Shown here piece after piece: positions 10,129 through 20,575 of a stretch of DNA of 64,000 nt. Source of the DNA: Magnetococcales bacterium HHB-1. Its GTDB lineage: Bacteria; Pseudomonadota; Magnetococcia; Magnetococcales; JBQGBW01. A program made the position numbers and the translations under genes. Positions within the stretch are counted from its first letter, which is position 1, and each line of letters starts with the position of its first letter. Below the pieces are notes generated by a model. It had not been told where the DNA came from. It did no database searches and saw nothing but the letters and a program-made list of their open reading frames with translations. The stretch covers positions 1,818-65,817 of the forward strand of contig JBQGBW010000009.1 of NCBI GenBank assembly GCA_052043475.1, given 5' to 3'.

Positions 10129-11250
10129 TCATCGATTTGTCAGGTGTTGAAACAGTGACAGATAGTTCCTCGTCATCTTTTCAAGGGAGAACTGTTTTAA
10201 TGCTTTTCTCTCCGCAGATAATCCCTCTTTCTCTACTCTTTTGGGATGATTAAAAAACTTGAGAATGGCTTCTTTCCAGGCCAGTTTATCAGAGACTGGG
10301 AGAAGCAGGCCATCCCGATTGGGTGTGATAAGCTCTGGTAGTCCACCCACATTAGAGGCGATTACAGGAAGTCTTGCGGCCATGGCTTCGAGGACCGTGA
10401 GGGGTGTTCCCTCAGCTAAAGAGGGCAGGAGGAAAAGAGAGAAGAGATGATAAAAAGGGATGACATCCTTTTGTTCCCCAGCAAGCCAGACATTTTCCTC
10501 AATACCCAGTTGTGATACTCTTGCTTTGAGTTCTTTATGAAGAGAACCATCACCCACTAAAACCAGAAATGCCTGTTTTTGGAATGCTGTGGATTCATTC
10601 CGTAGTTCAGCAAACACTTCCAATAGAAATGACTGATTTTTTACCGGTGAGAGTCTTCCTACCGTGCCAAGAATAAACGCCTCTTTTGGAAAGCGATCAA
10701 TCTTTTTTTCAGGTGGCCTATTGATCTTCTCGACTGGAACGCCGTTAATAATCCGGATAACTTTCTTCGCAGGAATCTTTACATCATCAATTAACCAGCG
10801 CTCAAGGTCACCGGAGACCGCAATCATTCGGTGGGTCCAGTGGCTGAAAAACTTTCTTAAGATTTGATATTTGCGATTCTTCCCTTCCAGGTCATAGATA
10901 TCCCGACCATGCTCGGCGTGAACGCTTACAGGAACACCGGCCAGCCAGGCTAGGAGTGTGCACTCAAGGGCCGCAAGATTGCAGGTATGTACAATGTCAG
11001 GTTTTAGTTTACGCATCAATTTCCAGAAGCGCCAGGCGTAAGCGGGATCTTTTCCTGGCTTTTTGTGGAGTGCAAAAATCTCGATCTCAGGATCAAATAT
11101 GCGCGCTTTAAAATCGCTGTAATCGGTGAGGCAGACCACTGCGTGACGAAAATGATCGATCTGGTTAATCAGATTGACCAGAACGGTCTCCATCCCTCCG
11201 GTTGCCAAGCGATAAGCCACATGAACAATTAGTGGACGATCATCCGGCAT
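10129..11250 (-). CDS. GT4-family glycosyltransferase (exosortase/PEP-CTERM-associated type)
   Basis: GT-B fold with an N-terminal VAYRLATGGMETVLVNLIN and the ExxxxxxE region LPSLAEGTPLTVLEAMAARLPVIASNVGGLPELI. Its start codon directly abuts the stop of the upstream GT gene. Confidence 0.85.
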   Translation of the reverse strand: MPDDRPLIVHVAYRLATGGMETVLVNLINQIDHFRHAVVCLTDYSDFKARIFDPEIEIFALHKKPGKDPAYAWRFWKLMRKLKPDIVHTCNLAALECTLLAWLAGVPVSVHAEHGRDIYDLEGKNRKYQILRKFFSHWTHRMIAVSGDLERWLIDDVKIPAKKVIRIINGVPVEKINRPPEKKIDRFPKEAFILGTVGRLSPVKNQSFLLEVFAELRNESTAFQKQAFLVLVGDGSLHKELKARVSQLGIEENVWLAGEQKDVIPFYHLFSLFLLPSLAEGTPLTVLEAMAARLPVIASNVGGLPELITPNRDGLLLPVSDKLAWKEAILKFFNHPKRVEKEGLSAERKALKQFSLEKMTRNYLSLFQHLTNR

Positions 11251-12471
11251 CTAAATCTTCTCCAGCGCCTTACCCACCCGCCTTAAGTTGTTTGACCAGC
11301 GGTAGTTTTTTAAAATGACCTCTCGACCAAGATCGCCCAACATCTGCCAGCGCATCGGATCTTCTCCCTTTAAAATACGCACTGCAAAACTCGCCAACTT
11401 TATAGGATCATCGCTGACGGTCTGTTTTAAAATTACAGGTGCGTTAATTCCCTCCATCGCTTTTTCTGTCGCCAGTACCACTTTTCCCATGGACATCGCT
11501 TCGAGTACCTTATTCTGCACCCCTTGTGCAATGCGTAAGGGCGCCACCACAGCGGTGGCATAGGCTAGATAGGGCCGTACATCATCGACCCTTCCTGTCA
11601 CTGTAATTCCAGAATAATCGGCTAATTTCTTGACTTCTTCTGTGGGATTGCCTCCGACAATAATAAAACGTGCCAGAGGAACCTGTTGCTGGATTTCAGG
11701 GAAAACCTGTTCAGCAAACCAGGAGACCGCTTCAACATTGGCCCAATAATCCATGGCACCGGTAAAAACCAGGGTTTTATCTTCAGGAGGATAAGGGTTC
11801 TCATAACGCTCTTCTGGGGAGAAGCGTTGATGATCCACACCATTCTCCCAATAATCCACTTTTTTAGCCACTTGCGGGGAGAGCTGTTTAAAAATTTCAG
11901 CCTCCTGTTGACTGACAAAAAAGGCGACTGAAAACGCCTCCGCCAGCATCTGTTCATACTGTAGGAGCAGTTCCGCCTCACGGCGATAGATCCAGGCGGA
12001 GAGCCCCTGTTTTTTTTCAGCATATTGACGCCACTTCTGGGAGTCCACATCCACAAAATCGAGCACCTTTTTTTTAAGCTCTGGTCGATCCAGTAAAAAA
12101 GGTGCCACCGCGGATGAATAGGCGACCGCGTGACTTATCTTATATTTCTCAACAATAGATTTCACCCAGGAAGTCATTGTGCGGCTTGCGTAGTAGGGGA
12201 TGGTGAGTGGTTTTCCTGTGAGTAATCCAGAGAGTGCTTTGATCTTTGCCCAGTGGGGGTGGAGACGTAAAATTTTATGTTCACCGCCTGCTTCTTCAAC
12301 CATCTCTGTCAATAGAGGGAGATACTCCAGATCTTTTGGGTCATCGATAAATGTGCCAAGGTGAACGCGGTATCTTTTGCAAAGATAGCGAAAGAGTGGG
12401 TACGAGCGGATTTTATCCCCCTTATTGGGAGGGTAGGGGATGCGATGGACAAGCAGTAGCAGGTCTTCCAT
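11251..12471 (-). CDS. glycosyltransferase, PEP-CTERM/exosortase-system-associated sugar transferase type
   Basis: The N-terminal LLLVHRIPYPPNKGDKIRSY signature is characteristic of that family as I recall it. The C-terminal GT-B region reads VVAPLRIAQGVQNKVLEAMSMGKVVLAT. Confidence 0.78.
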   Translation of the reverse strand: MEDLLLLVHRIPYPPNKGDKIRSYPLFRYLCKRYRVHLGTFIDDPKDLEYLPLLTEMVEEAGGEHKILRLHPHWAKIKALSGLLTGKPLTIPYYASRTMTSWVKSIVEKYKISHAVAYSSAVAPFLLDRPELKKKVLDFVDVDSQKWRQYAEKKQGLSAWIYRREAELLLQYEQMLAEAFSVAFFVSQQEAEIFKQLSPQVAKKVDYWENGVDHQRFSPEERYENPYPPEDKTLVFTGAMDYWANVEAVSWFAEQVFPEIQQQVPLARFIIVGGNPTEEVKKLADYSGITVTGRVDDVRPYLAYATAVVAPLRIAQGVQNKVLEAMSMGKVVLATEKAMEGINAPVILKQTVSDDPIKLASFAVRILKGEDPMRWQMLGDLGREVILKNYRWSNNLRRVGKALEKI

Positions 12472-12488
12472 AATCTTACCCTGGGGCG

Positions 12489-15452
12489 TTAATCGGTCTC
12501 GTTGTGATGTTGATCAACAAGCTGTTGCAGTGGGAATGGATTTTTATAGTGCTCTTCTAAAAAGAGCGTGAACGCTTCTACGCTTAAGGGAGGGCTGAAA
12601 AAATAGCCCTGCATCTGTTGGCAACTCACATCTCTTAAGAAGGCAAGTTGGGCGACATTCTCAACGCCTTCAACAACAACGCTTAAGCCAAGATCACTGG
12701 CCATGGAGAGAATGGCGCGGACGATGGCTTCGTCATCGGAATCCGTGGTGAGATCCCGGATAAAAGAGCGATCAACTTTTAAAGCATGAATCGGAAAACG
12801 TTTCAGATAGCTGAGTGAGGAGTACCCTGTGCCGAAGTCATCGATTGAGACTTTCAAGCCCATGCTGTTGAATCGGCGTAAGGTTTCAATGGCGTTATCC
12901 ACATCTTCGACCACCATGCTTTCGGTGATCTCTACCTCCAGATGTTGTGGCGCCAAACCTTGATCGGAGAGCGCCTGCTCGATGGTTTCATGGAGATTTT
13001 TACGTTTAAACTGGACTGCAGAGAGATTGACCGCAACAGAGAGTTGCGAATACCCCTTATTAACCCACTGTTTGGTTTGTTTACAGGCTTGTTCTAGAAT
13101 CCACTCTCCCAAAGGTGAAATCAAGCCGGTCTCCTCGGCGACCGGGATAAATTCCGCTGGAGAGATAATTTTACCATCAGGGTGAATCCAGCGTACCAGA
13201 GCCTCCATGCCAACGATCTCTCCTGTTTGAGCAGAAATTTTTGGTTGGTAGTAGAGGGTGAACTCTTCATGCTCTAATGCGCGACGCAATAGGGCTTCTA
13301 ACTCTAAGCGTCGCAACGACTCCTGATTCATCTCTTCGGTGAAGAATCGGTAGGTATTTCTGCCGCTCTCTTTGGCGCGGAACATCGCCACATCGGCATT
13401 TTTGGTTAATGCGGCATGATCAAGGCCGTTATCTGGATAGATGCTGATACCGATGCTGGCACCGATGAAGATCTCCTGATCCTGCAGAATAAAGGGTTCA
13501 GCAAGCTTAAGAAGGATCTCTTGAGCTACACGGATAATATGTGACTGCTCTTGAACCGCACGCAGAATCACGGTGAACTCATCGCCGCCTAATCTCGCGA
13601 CCGTATCGGATTCGCGCACACACTCCTGTAATCTTTCAGAGACCTGAATCAGAAGTTCATCGCCAAAAGCGTGGCCTAAGGTATCATTGACATATTTAAA
13701 ACGATCCAGGTCAATGAAGAAGATCGCCAGTTTGTTTTTCTGTCTGGCCGCCGCGCGACACTCTTGATCCAGCCGATCAAGGAAAAGAATGCGGTTAGGC
13801 AGTTTGGTCAGGGGATCGTAGTAGGCCAGTTTCTCCAATCGATCCGCCGCCATCTTGAGTTGGCTGATATCGGAGAAAATCCCCACATAGTTGACCACCT
13901 TTTTATCACGATCATAGATGGCATTAATTGTCAGTTTTTTGGGGAAGACTGAACCGCTTTTGCGCCGATCCCAGATCTCACCACTCCACTGACCGGTACG
14001 CTCCAGTTGTGCCCACATGGCCTGATAAAACCGTTCATCGTGACGATCTGAGCGGGTTAGACTGGGGGTCTCTCCCAAGGCTTCGGTTTTGGAGTATCCC
14101 GTGATCCGGCAAAACGCAGGGTTAACATTGATAATCCGGGTTTCACTGTCGGTGATGATAATGCCTTCACCGGTATTATCGAAGACTTTCCCCATCAATT
14201 GCAGTTGCTCTTCGGTGCGCTTGCGCTCAACAATCTCTTTTTGCAGGATCTCATTGGTTCTCTTTAGATCTTGCGTGCGCTTCATCACACGATCTTCCAG
14301 ACTCTCTTTGGCTTTTGCCAGGGCGAGTTCGGCCTCTTTTCTCTCTGTGATATCGTGGAGAATGCCTGTAAAAAAGATGCTGTTATCCACAGAGAACTCG
14401 CTGACAGAGAGTTCGAGAGGAACCCTTTGGCCATTTTTGCGTACGCCCTGCACTTCGCGTTGGGTGCCGACAATATTTTTATGGTGCGTCTTGCAGTAGT
14501 CCTGAATATAGCGATCGTGGCGTGTGGCGTGGTACGTAGGCATCAGGCAGTTGACTTTCTGTCCCAAAAGCTCACCATGGGCATAGCCAAAAAGTTTTTC
14601 AGCCGCCGGATTGATTGAATCGATATATCCCGCCTTATTGATAATGATAATCGCATCCACAGCAGTATCCATGATCGCTGTGGTGTAGTTGCGCTGCTTC
14701 TCCAGTTCGCGGGTATTCTCTTTTACGCGCTGTTTAAGCCTTGTGAATGCATGAAATATCGCTCCAAACTCACTCTCTTTTTTAATTTTCAGCCGGATCG
14801 TATCCTCCGCACCGGTTTCAAAACTCTCCATAGCCTGACGGATTTTCTCTAAAGGCGCCATCAAATATCTGGTAAGAAAGAAGACGCCAGCCAAGCCTGT
14901 TGAGATCACCACAAGGAGGAGAATGATCACCTGCTGATTAAAAACGGTCGCCATTTTGCCTTGAATGGCGTTTTCTAGAACCAGGGTATTCATCTCTCCC
15001 TGAAGAGAGAGGGGCATCCAGACCCGTGCTTTAAAGATCTTTACATGATCGTTTGACTTCCACACACTTAGATTGGATAACTCACGCCAGTCGGCGGAGA
15101 GCACCCTTTGCTCCATATCCGAGAGGGGATGTAGACCCTGCGTTTGATCCCAAACCTGAAAAATCCCTTTTTGATTACGAAAGTAGAGATAAACTGGCTC
15201 CCCTGGCTGTTCAAGGATTGAGAAGAGTTGCGTGAAAAAACGGACGATCTGTGAATCGTCTCTCTTTTCTAACAGTGATTTTGTTGTTAAGAGATCTTTT
15301 CCAGCAACCAGAAGCGACTGAATCTCTGCACGGCGATATTTTTGCCAGGCATGGCGGTTCTGATAGTCGAGAACAGCGATAATTGTTGTCGCTGCCATAA
15401 GTGTAAGCAGTAGAAAAAGAGCGATAATCTTCCAGGTCAATCCCAGACGCAT
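12489..15452 (-). CDS. membrane sensor PAS-PAS-GGDEF-EAL protein (c-di-GMP turnover)
   Basis: Two TM helices flank a periplasmic domain, followed by a HAMP-like region and two PAS domains. GGDEF is RLGGDEFTVIL; EAL is MEALVRW...DDFGTGYSSLSYLKRFP. Start set at ATG 15452 (MRLGLTWK), preceded by GGAGG. The ORF track extends to 15524. Confidence 0.92.
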   Translation of the reverse strand: MRLGLTWKIIALFLLLTLMAATTIIAVLDYQNRHAWQKYRRAEIQSLLVAGKDLLTTKSLLEKRDDSQIVRFFTQLFSILEQPGEPVYLYFRNQKGIFQVWDQTQGLHPLSDMEQRVLSADWRELSNLSVWKSNDHVKIFKARVWMPLSLQGEMNTLVLENAIQGKMATVFNQQVIILLLVVISTGLAGVFFLTRYLMAPLEKIRQAMESFETGAEDTIRLKIKKESEFGAIFHAFTRLKQRVKENTRELEKQRNYTTAIMDTAVDAIIIINKAGYIDSINPAAEKLFGYAHGELLGQKVNCLMPTYHATRHDRYIQDYCKTHHKNIVGTQREVQGVRKNGQRVPLELSVSEFSVDNSIFFTGILHDITERKEAELALAKAKESLEDRVMKRTQDLKRTNEILQKEIVERKRTEEQLQLMGKVFDNTGEGIIITDSETRIINVNPAFCRITGYSKTEALGETPSLTRSDRHDERFYQAMWAQLERTGQWSGEIWDRRKSGSVFPKKLTINAIYDRDKKVVNYVGIFSDISQLKMAADRLEKLAYYDPLTKLPNRILFLDRLDQECRAAARQKNKLAIFFIDLDRFKYVNDTLGHAFGDELLIQVSERLQECVRESDTVARLGGDEFTVILRAVQEQSHIIRVAQEILLKLAEPFILQDQEIFIGASIGISIYPDNGLDHAALTKNADVAMFRAKESGRNTYRFFTEEMNQESLRRLELEALLRRALEHEEFTLYYQPKISAQTGEIVGMEALVRWIHPDGKIISPAEFIPVAEETGLISPLGEWILEQACKQTKQWVNKGYSQLSVAVNLSAVQFKRKNLHETIEQALSDQGLAPQHLEVEITESMVVEDVDNAIETLRRFNSMGLKVSIDDFGTGYSSLSYLKRFPIHALKVDRSFIRDLTTDSDDEAIVRAILSMASDLGLSVVVEGVENVAQLAFLRDVSCQQMQGYFFSPPLSVEAFTLFLEEHYKNPFPLQQLVDQHHNETD

Positions 15453-15842
15453 CTTCTCGCCTCCAAGAGGGACACCAAACGCGCATAAGCGTAAACAATC
15501 GTACCATGTTTTTTGCTTATGCATTCATTTTGTTTCAAACAAGGGGTTGATTATATAAGAAAAAGCCCATCAATAACATTTTTTTCTCAATTAAAAACAA
15601 AAAAACATTATTAAAGCGCTGCTTCGTGCTTAAAGACGCTGCAATATCTGCGGTAATACCTAATGGTCTTTAGTATATCGCAAAAAAAAATTTATGGTAT
15701 TGTAATCCCTGCTTTTATCTAAAGGTTTGTGCTATAGTTAGTGAGCCTTTGAGGAGAAAAGAGCGTCTTTGTCTCATGCCTCTTCTGAATAAGAGAAAAA
15801 AACAAGTAATTAAGAACTAAAGCCAACATTATAAATGAGGGT

Positions 15843-17807
15843 ATGACCATGCGCTTTGATGCGTTGAAAATTGGTGCCAAGCTGGCGATTGGTTTTGGTG
15901 CTGTCCTGGTGCTTACAGCGGCCGCCATTGTGGGCTATATCTGGATTTTAAGCGGTACTGTAGATCAGTATGACCACCTTTTACAGCAGGTAAAACCCGC
16001 ACATGTTCACTTTTTAAACATCGAAAGAGATATGCTGCAAGCGCGCCGTGCTGAGAAAGACTTTATCCTCAGAAAAGATGAAAAATATGTTGCCAAGGTT
16101 GAAAGTGCCGCCAACCGGATTCTCACAGAGATTAACCATTTAAAAGATCTTAACTATAAAAACATATCTCAGAATAACTTAGATGCGCTAACCCATGCGG
16201 TTCAGGAGTACCGCAACGCCTTTGCCAAAGTTACCATGGCTTTCGAAACCATGGGGTTGGATCATAACTCAGGGTTGCAAGGCGCCTTTCGCCAGGCGGC
16301 GCATGGCATTGAGACGATTGTTAAAGAGAAAAAACTCTCCTTCCTCTATACGCCACTCCTGATGCTCAGACGTCACGAAAAAGATTTTCTTCTGCGTAAA
16401 CAGGATAAATACCGTAAAAAATTTGATAAAGGAATCATCGTCTTTAAAAAGGAGATGGATGACTCTGATGCAATCAGCGATACCATCAAACAGCATGTCT
16501 TAGAGCGTCTGATATCCTACCAGAACAAGTTTCACGCCTTAGTTGCTCAGGAGAAGAAAAAACAGAACAGTATCGATCATATGCGCAATTGGATTCATAA
16601 AACAGAGCCGCTTATCGAACGTGGTGTTAAACAGATCTCTGAAGATATGCGCACCAAACAGGCGCAGACCGATAGCGATGTTGAGCAGACCATTACACTC
16701 GCCCTGGTTATCGGGCTGTTTATCATCTTAAGTGGCGTTGGTATCGCGATCTATTTAACACGCCAACTTACGCCACCGATCATTGAACTCTCCGAGACCA
16801 TCACTCAGGTGGCCAATACAGGAGATTTTAGAGCACGCAGTAAAGTGCGTGGTAAAGATGAAATTGCGCAAACCGCAATGGCCTTTAACAGCCTCCTTGA
16901 TAACTTAGAGCAGGCTATTGAGGATATCAGCACCATCTCTCAAAATATGGCCGATGGAAACTTAAAACAGACGGTTGGCACAAACTATAAAGGCTCTTTA
17001 AATATTTTAAGCAAAAGACTCAATGGCGCCATCGAAGGGCTTAAAGAGACCCTTTTGCATGTGGCGCAAAATACCCACCATGTGGCCACCGCCGCTTCGC
17101 AGACCAGTACCGCTGTGGGGCAGGTCTCCGATGGCTCCCAAAATCAGATGAACGCCACAACCCAGGTGGCCACTGCGGTCAATCAATCCACCGATGCGAT
17201 CACCGATGTCTCTATAAGTATTGATAGCGCCAACAGTGCTGCCAAAGATACCGCCACCCGTGTACTCTCTGGACGCGAAAAGATGGATCAGATGGTCTCT
17301 GTGGTGCATCAGATCGCGCTTAATAGTGAGAAAATCAGTAAAATTACTGGCATGATCGGCAAAATCGCCAATCAAACCAACCTGCTCTCGCTCAATGCCG
17401 CCATTGAGGCCGCACGCGCCGGTGAACATGGGAAAGGATTTGCCGTGGTTGCTGAAGAGGTGCGCAAACTGGCTGAAAATACCGCCGAATCGGTAGAAGA
17501 TATTGAGAATCTGGTGGATCAGGCGGTTAAAGAGGCCGAAGCCGCCGAGGTGACCGCCCAAACCGTGAATGAAGAGATGGAGGTGATCCTCAATGCCGCC
17601 AGAAACTCAGAAACACTGCTCAATCAGATTGCCACTGCCATGGAAGAGCAGAGTGCCACAATGACTGAGATCAACCAGAATATCGGCTCGCTACGCACCA
17701 TTGGTGAAACCAATGCGTCGGCCTCTGAAGAGATTACCGCAACGGTGATCGATCTCTCTAAACTTGCCGATCAAACCCGTATTCTGGTCGAGCGTTTCCA
17801 ACTTTAA
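15843..17807 (+). CDS. methyl-accepting chemotaxis protein
   Basis: Two TM helices and a helical periplasmic domain with a duplicated R(R/H)xEKDF(I/L)LRK motif, then HAMP. The canonical signalling hairpin is present: [33 protein letters not shown]. Confidence 0.95.
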   Translation: MTMRFDALKIGAKLAIGFGAVLVLTAAAIVGYIWILSGTVDQYDHLLQQVKPAHVHFLNIERDMLQARRAEKDFILRKDEKYVAKVESAANRILTEINHLKDLNYKNISQNNLDALTHAVQEYRNAFAKVTMAFETMGLDHNSGLQGAFRQAAHGIETIVKEKKLSFLYTPLLMLRRHEKDFLLRKQDKYRKKFDKGIIVFKKEMDDSDAISDTIKQHVLERLISYQNKFHALVAQEKKKQNSIDHMRNWIHKTEPLIERGVKQISEDMRTKQAQTDSDVEQTITLALVIGLFIILSGVGIAIYLTRQLTPPIIELSETITQVANTGDFRARSKVRGKDEIAQTAMAFNSLLDNLEQAIEDISTISQNMADGNLKQTVGTNYKGSLNILSKRLNGAIEGLKETLLHVAQNTHHVATAASQTSTAVGQVSDGSQNQMNATTQVATAVNQSTDAITDVSISIDSANSAAKDTATRVLSGREKMDQMVSVVHQIALNSEKISKITGMIGKIANQTNLLSLNAAIEAARAGEHGKGFAVVAEEVRKLAENTAESVEDIENLVDQAVKEAEAAEVTAQTVNEEMEVILNAARNSETLLNQIATAMEEQSATMTEINQNIGSLRTIGETNASASEEITATVIDLSKLADQTRILVERFQL

Positions 17808-17828
17808 ATAGATGAAATAGATAAGAAA

Positions 17829-17858
17829 ATCGTAACGTCTAAGCTTAGACGTTACGAT
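17829..17858. repeat. perfect 30-nt palindrome between mcp and cheR (possible terminator/attenuator or operator)
   Basis: ATCGTAACGTCTAAG|CTTAGACGTTACGAT is exactly self-complementary. It sits 22 nt after the mcp stop, is flanked by A-runs, and has no U-tract on the plus strand. Confidence 0.6.
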
Positions 17859-17956
17859 AAAAACAGATCAAAAAGATAAAAAGAGGCGTAAGTAGCCGTG
17901 ATTATCGAATCTAAAAAAAGGCTTAATCAGAATCCTCTAAGTTTAAGAGCTTTCCA

Positions 17957-19129
17957 ATGAAAGATCATCGATCCGCGTCTGAATCACTCAATAAAAATCT
18001 GCAAAGGTTGCGCGAAGGATTGCAACAGATCGAACGCCTCTCTCCCCCAAAAGCCGCTGAGATTAAACTGCCCCATACCATTCCAACAAAAAAAAATAGA
18101 AGAAAACGGCCTTCTTCTCTCACCGTTGAGTCGGCCACCGTTGAACTTGAGCGTGCAACAGAAGAGCGAAGTGCCAAGGCGTGTCGCAGGCCGCTTGATG
18201 TGCAATCGATTATTGATCAGGATGCAAGGAAACAGGCGAAAAACAAAATATTAAGCCACTTAAAAGAGACCACCGGCCTAGAAGCCAGCGATAGCCTGAA
18301 AAAAAAGCTTGATCTTTATCTCAAAGATAAATCTCCTGAGGCGCTGAAATCAGAGATCTCCCTTTTAGCGGTTCTGCCCTGGACGCATCAACTCTGGCGT
18401 ACGATCACAGAGCATATTATTGTTCCTGAAACCTATTTTTTTCGTGATCGTTTTCAGATCGAGATGCTTCGCCGTCAGATCATTCCGCAAATTATTGAGG
18501 AACAGCGGCAAAAAAACAGCCCCCAGATCCACATCTGGTCTGCGGCAACCTCTACAGGGGAGGAGAGCTACACTTTAGCTATACTTACCTTAGAGGCGAT
18601 GCTTAAAGCCGGTGTCGCCAGAGAGAGAAAAAGTGGCGAAATTGTGCCGCATCACGACTGGTCGGTTAAAATCCTCGGCACAGATATCTCCAATCGATCA
18701 CTGAGTCACGCCAAAGCAGGAATCTATCGACGTTCAGGGCGTCTCAACGCCTTTCGTAACTTCTCTCCCACCTACAGCCGCTTTTTTAAATTTCGTCGCA
18801 CGCCCAATGGTCCGGATGTTCCCTTAAGTCAGGCTAAAATGGGCCGTATCCGCTCCTTTGTGCGCCCTATCGTTCATTTTAGCGCTTTTAACCTGCAAGA
18901 GAAGAGCCCTCCTGCCACAGATTTTAACCTTGTACTTTGCCGTAATGTTTTAATATACTTTGATAATCCAACAAAAAGAAATGTGCAGAAACTCCTTTGG
19001 CAATCCCTCCTGCCTGGAGCAACACTCGCGTTAGGTGCCTGTGACTCCATGCTTATACCACAATACTTTTCTGCTCATGTCATGGCCAATGCCATCTGCT
19101 ATGAGAAACGCATGAAGCCCTCTGACTAA
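17957..19129 (+). CDS. cheR: chemotaxis protein methyltransferase CheR with ~130-aa N-terminal extension
   Basis: Contains ETYFFRD, the SAM-binding IWSAATSTGEESYTLAI, and LCRNVLIYFD. The first ~130 aa are charged, low-complexity sequence not found in standard CheR. Confidence 0.9.
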   Translation: MKDHRSASESLNKNLQRLREGLQQIERLSPPKAAEIKLPHTIPTKKNRRKRPSSLTVESATVELERATEERSAKACRRPLDVQSIIDQDARKQAKNKILSHLKETTGLEASDSLKKKLDLYLKDKSPEALKSEISLLAVLPWTHQLWRTITEHIIVPETYFFRDRFQIEMLRRQIIPQIIEEQRQKNSPQIHIWSAATSTGEESYTLAILTLEAMLKAGVARERKSGEIVPHHDWSVKILGTDISNRSLSHAKAGIYRRSGRLNAFRNFSPTYSRFFKFRRTPNGPDVPLSQAKMGRIRSFVRPIVHFSAFNLQEKSPPATDFNLVLCRNVLIYFDNPTKRNVQKLLWQSLLPGATLALGACDSMLIPQYFSAHVMANAICYEKRMKPSD

Positions 19130-19143
19130 GGAGTTGTAAGAAA

Positions 19144-20541
19144 ATGAACTTTGTCCTCTTTGATGTTGGCGACGACTGTTTTGCATTTCCCACCGAAAAA
19201 GTGCAACTGGTCTCCGAACCGGTGCCGGTCACTCCGGTCCCCTTTACACCTCCCCATGTGGATGGTCTGGTCAATATCAGTGGACAGATCCTCACCCAGA
19301 TCGATCTTGGCACGCATCTAAACGGCGATAAAGAAGAAAACATAGCAAAAACATCCTCAGAAGGGGCGCTTCTTATCGCTCAGGCGAACGGTTATCTTTT
19401 CGCTTTTCGTATTGATCGTGTTGCTGCTATGGCCTATCTGGAGCCTGAACAGTACCATCTTTTTGCTGAAAAAGAGAAAAGCCACACCGCCACCATCGGG
19501 GAGTTGACCTGGAAAAGCCGTACCGCACTGCTCCTTGATCCTGAAAAAATGGGTTTGGAGCAATTTCAGAGTACCGATCTACCCAAGGGTGATGGCCCCT
19601 TGGGGCTTGAAGATCATTCAGGTAAAAAGAATAAGCTTAGAAGCGACCTGACGCCTGTTCTTGTCTGTGAATGTGGCGGAGAGTCCTATGCGTTTCCTCT
19701 AAAGAGTGTCTCTGAGGTGGCGGAAATTCCTAAAATTACCCCACTGCCCAAAGCGCCTAAAGAGGTTCTAGGACTCGCCTCTCTACGCGGAACGCCTCTG
19801 CTCACCCTCTCTTTACTCACTGCTTTAGGCGGGCCTGTCACCGATTTCTCTCCCGCGATTATTATTCTTGAGCGAGAAGATACGTTGCTGGGCTTCTCGG
19901 TGGATCGTATCTGTGGCATTCAGCGCCACAGTGATCGAGAAATTCACCGACCTCTTGATAATCAGGGTCACTTCGAAAGCTTTATTCGTGACCAGAATAA
20001 CCGGATGACCGCCCTGATTCGTCCTGAGGGGTTGGTCTCAGAACGTGCGTTGATGCGCTATCAGATGTTTCTTTCGCAAAGAGATATACACCCTCTCCAT
20101 GAGAAGAGTGAGACCACCCATGACTTTCTCTCTTTTAAGGTGGGTAATGAAAATTGCGCCCTCCCTTTAGAGCAGGTGCAGTGGGTCTCTGAATTTCACC
20201 CACCAGAGCCCACGCCAAACAGTGCGTCAGGCCATCTGCACGGATTGGCTCAGATCCGTGGTGAAGCGCTTCCGGTGGCGGACTTACGTAAAATGCTCCA
20301 CCAATCCACCAAGCCCTCGCCTTATCAGGCTTTTGTGGTGGCACGCACAAAAGCGTCGCTCTGGGCGCTGCTTACAGACCGGGTTTTTCGCGTGATTAAA
20401 ATTGCCGAAGAGAATATCGAGCCCGTTCATCACACCTCTCATGAGATGATCACAGCCGTGGGCAATCTCAATGGTGTGCTCTGGTCTATTTTAACCATGA
20501 AACCTTTTGATACCTTCTCCACGACCGAAGAACCTGTCTAA
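19144..20541 (+). CDS. triple CheW-domain scaffold protein
   Basis: Three CheW-like modules. Module 1: FVLFDVGDDCFAFPTEKVQLV...VDGLVNISGQIL. Module 2: VLVCECGGESYAFPLKSVSEV...VLGLASLRGTPL. Module 3: FLSFKVGNENCALPLEQVQWV...LHGLAQIRGEALPV. Confidence 0.85.
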   Translation: MNFVLFDVGDDCFAFPTEKVQLVSEPVPVTPVPFTPPHVDGLVNISGQILTQIDLGTHLNGDKEENIAKTSSEGALLIAQANGYLFAFRIDRVAAMAYLEPEQYHLFAEKEKSHTATIGELTWKSRTALLLDPEKMGLEQFQSTDLPKGDGPLGLEDHSGKKNKLRSDLTPVLVCECGGESYAFPLKSVSEVAEIPKITPLPKAPKEVLGLASLRGTPLLTLSLLTALGGPVTDFSPAIIILEREDTLLGFSVDRICGIQRHSDREIHRPLDNQGHFESFIRDQNNRMTALIRPEGLVSERALMRYQMFLSQRDIHPLHEKSETTHDFLSFKVGNENCALPLEQVQWVSEFHPPEPTPNSASGHLHGLAQIRGEALPVADLRKMLHQSTKPSPYQAFVVARTKASLWALLTDRVFRVIKIAEENIEPVHHTSHEMITAVGNLNGVLWSILTMKPFDTFSTTEEPV

Positions 20542-20575
20542 GCCTTACGTTCTTTTTCTTAAAGAGTATGATGCA

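Noticed and set aside
9921-10158. Two overlapping 66-73-aa ORFs in the 386-nt gap between the convergent MscS and GT genes
   Set aside because: They have no SD and no motif, and they overlap each other in different frames. The gap may hold terminators or an sRNA, but I could not identify a convincing structure.
15631-15659. Sigma-28 (FliA)-like promoter TAAAGACG-N11-GCGGTAAT upstream of the mcp gene
   Set aside because: The -35 half fits, but only about 4 of 8 positions of the -10 consensus GCCGATAA match. I have no way to score it against background here, so it is not reported as a feature.
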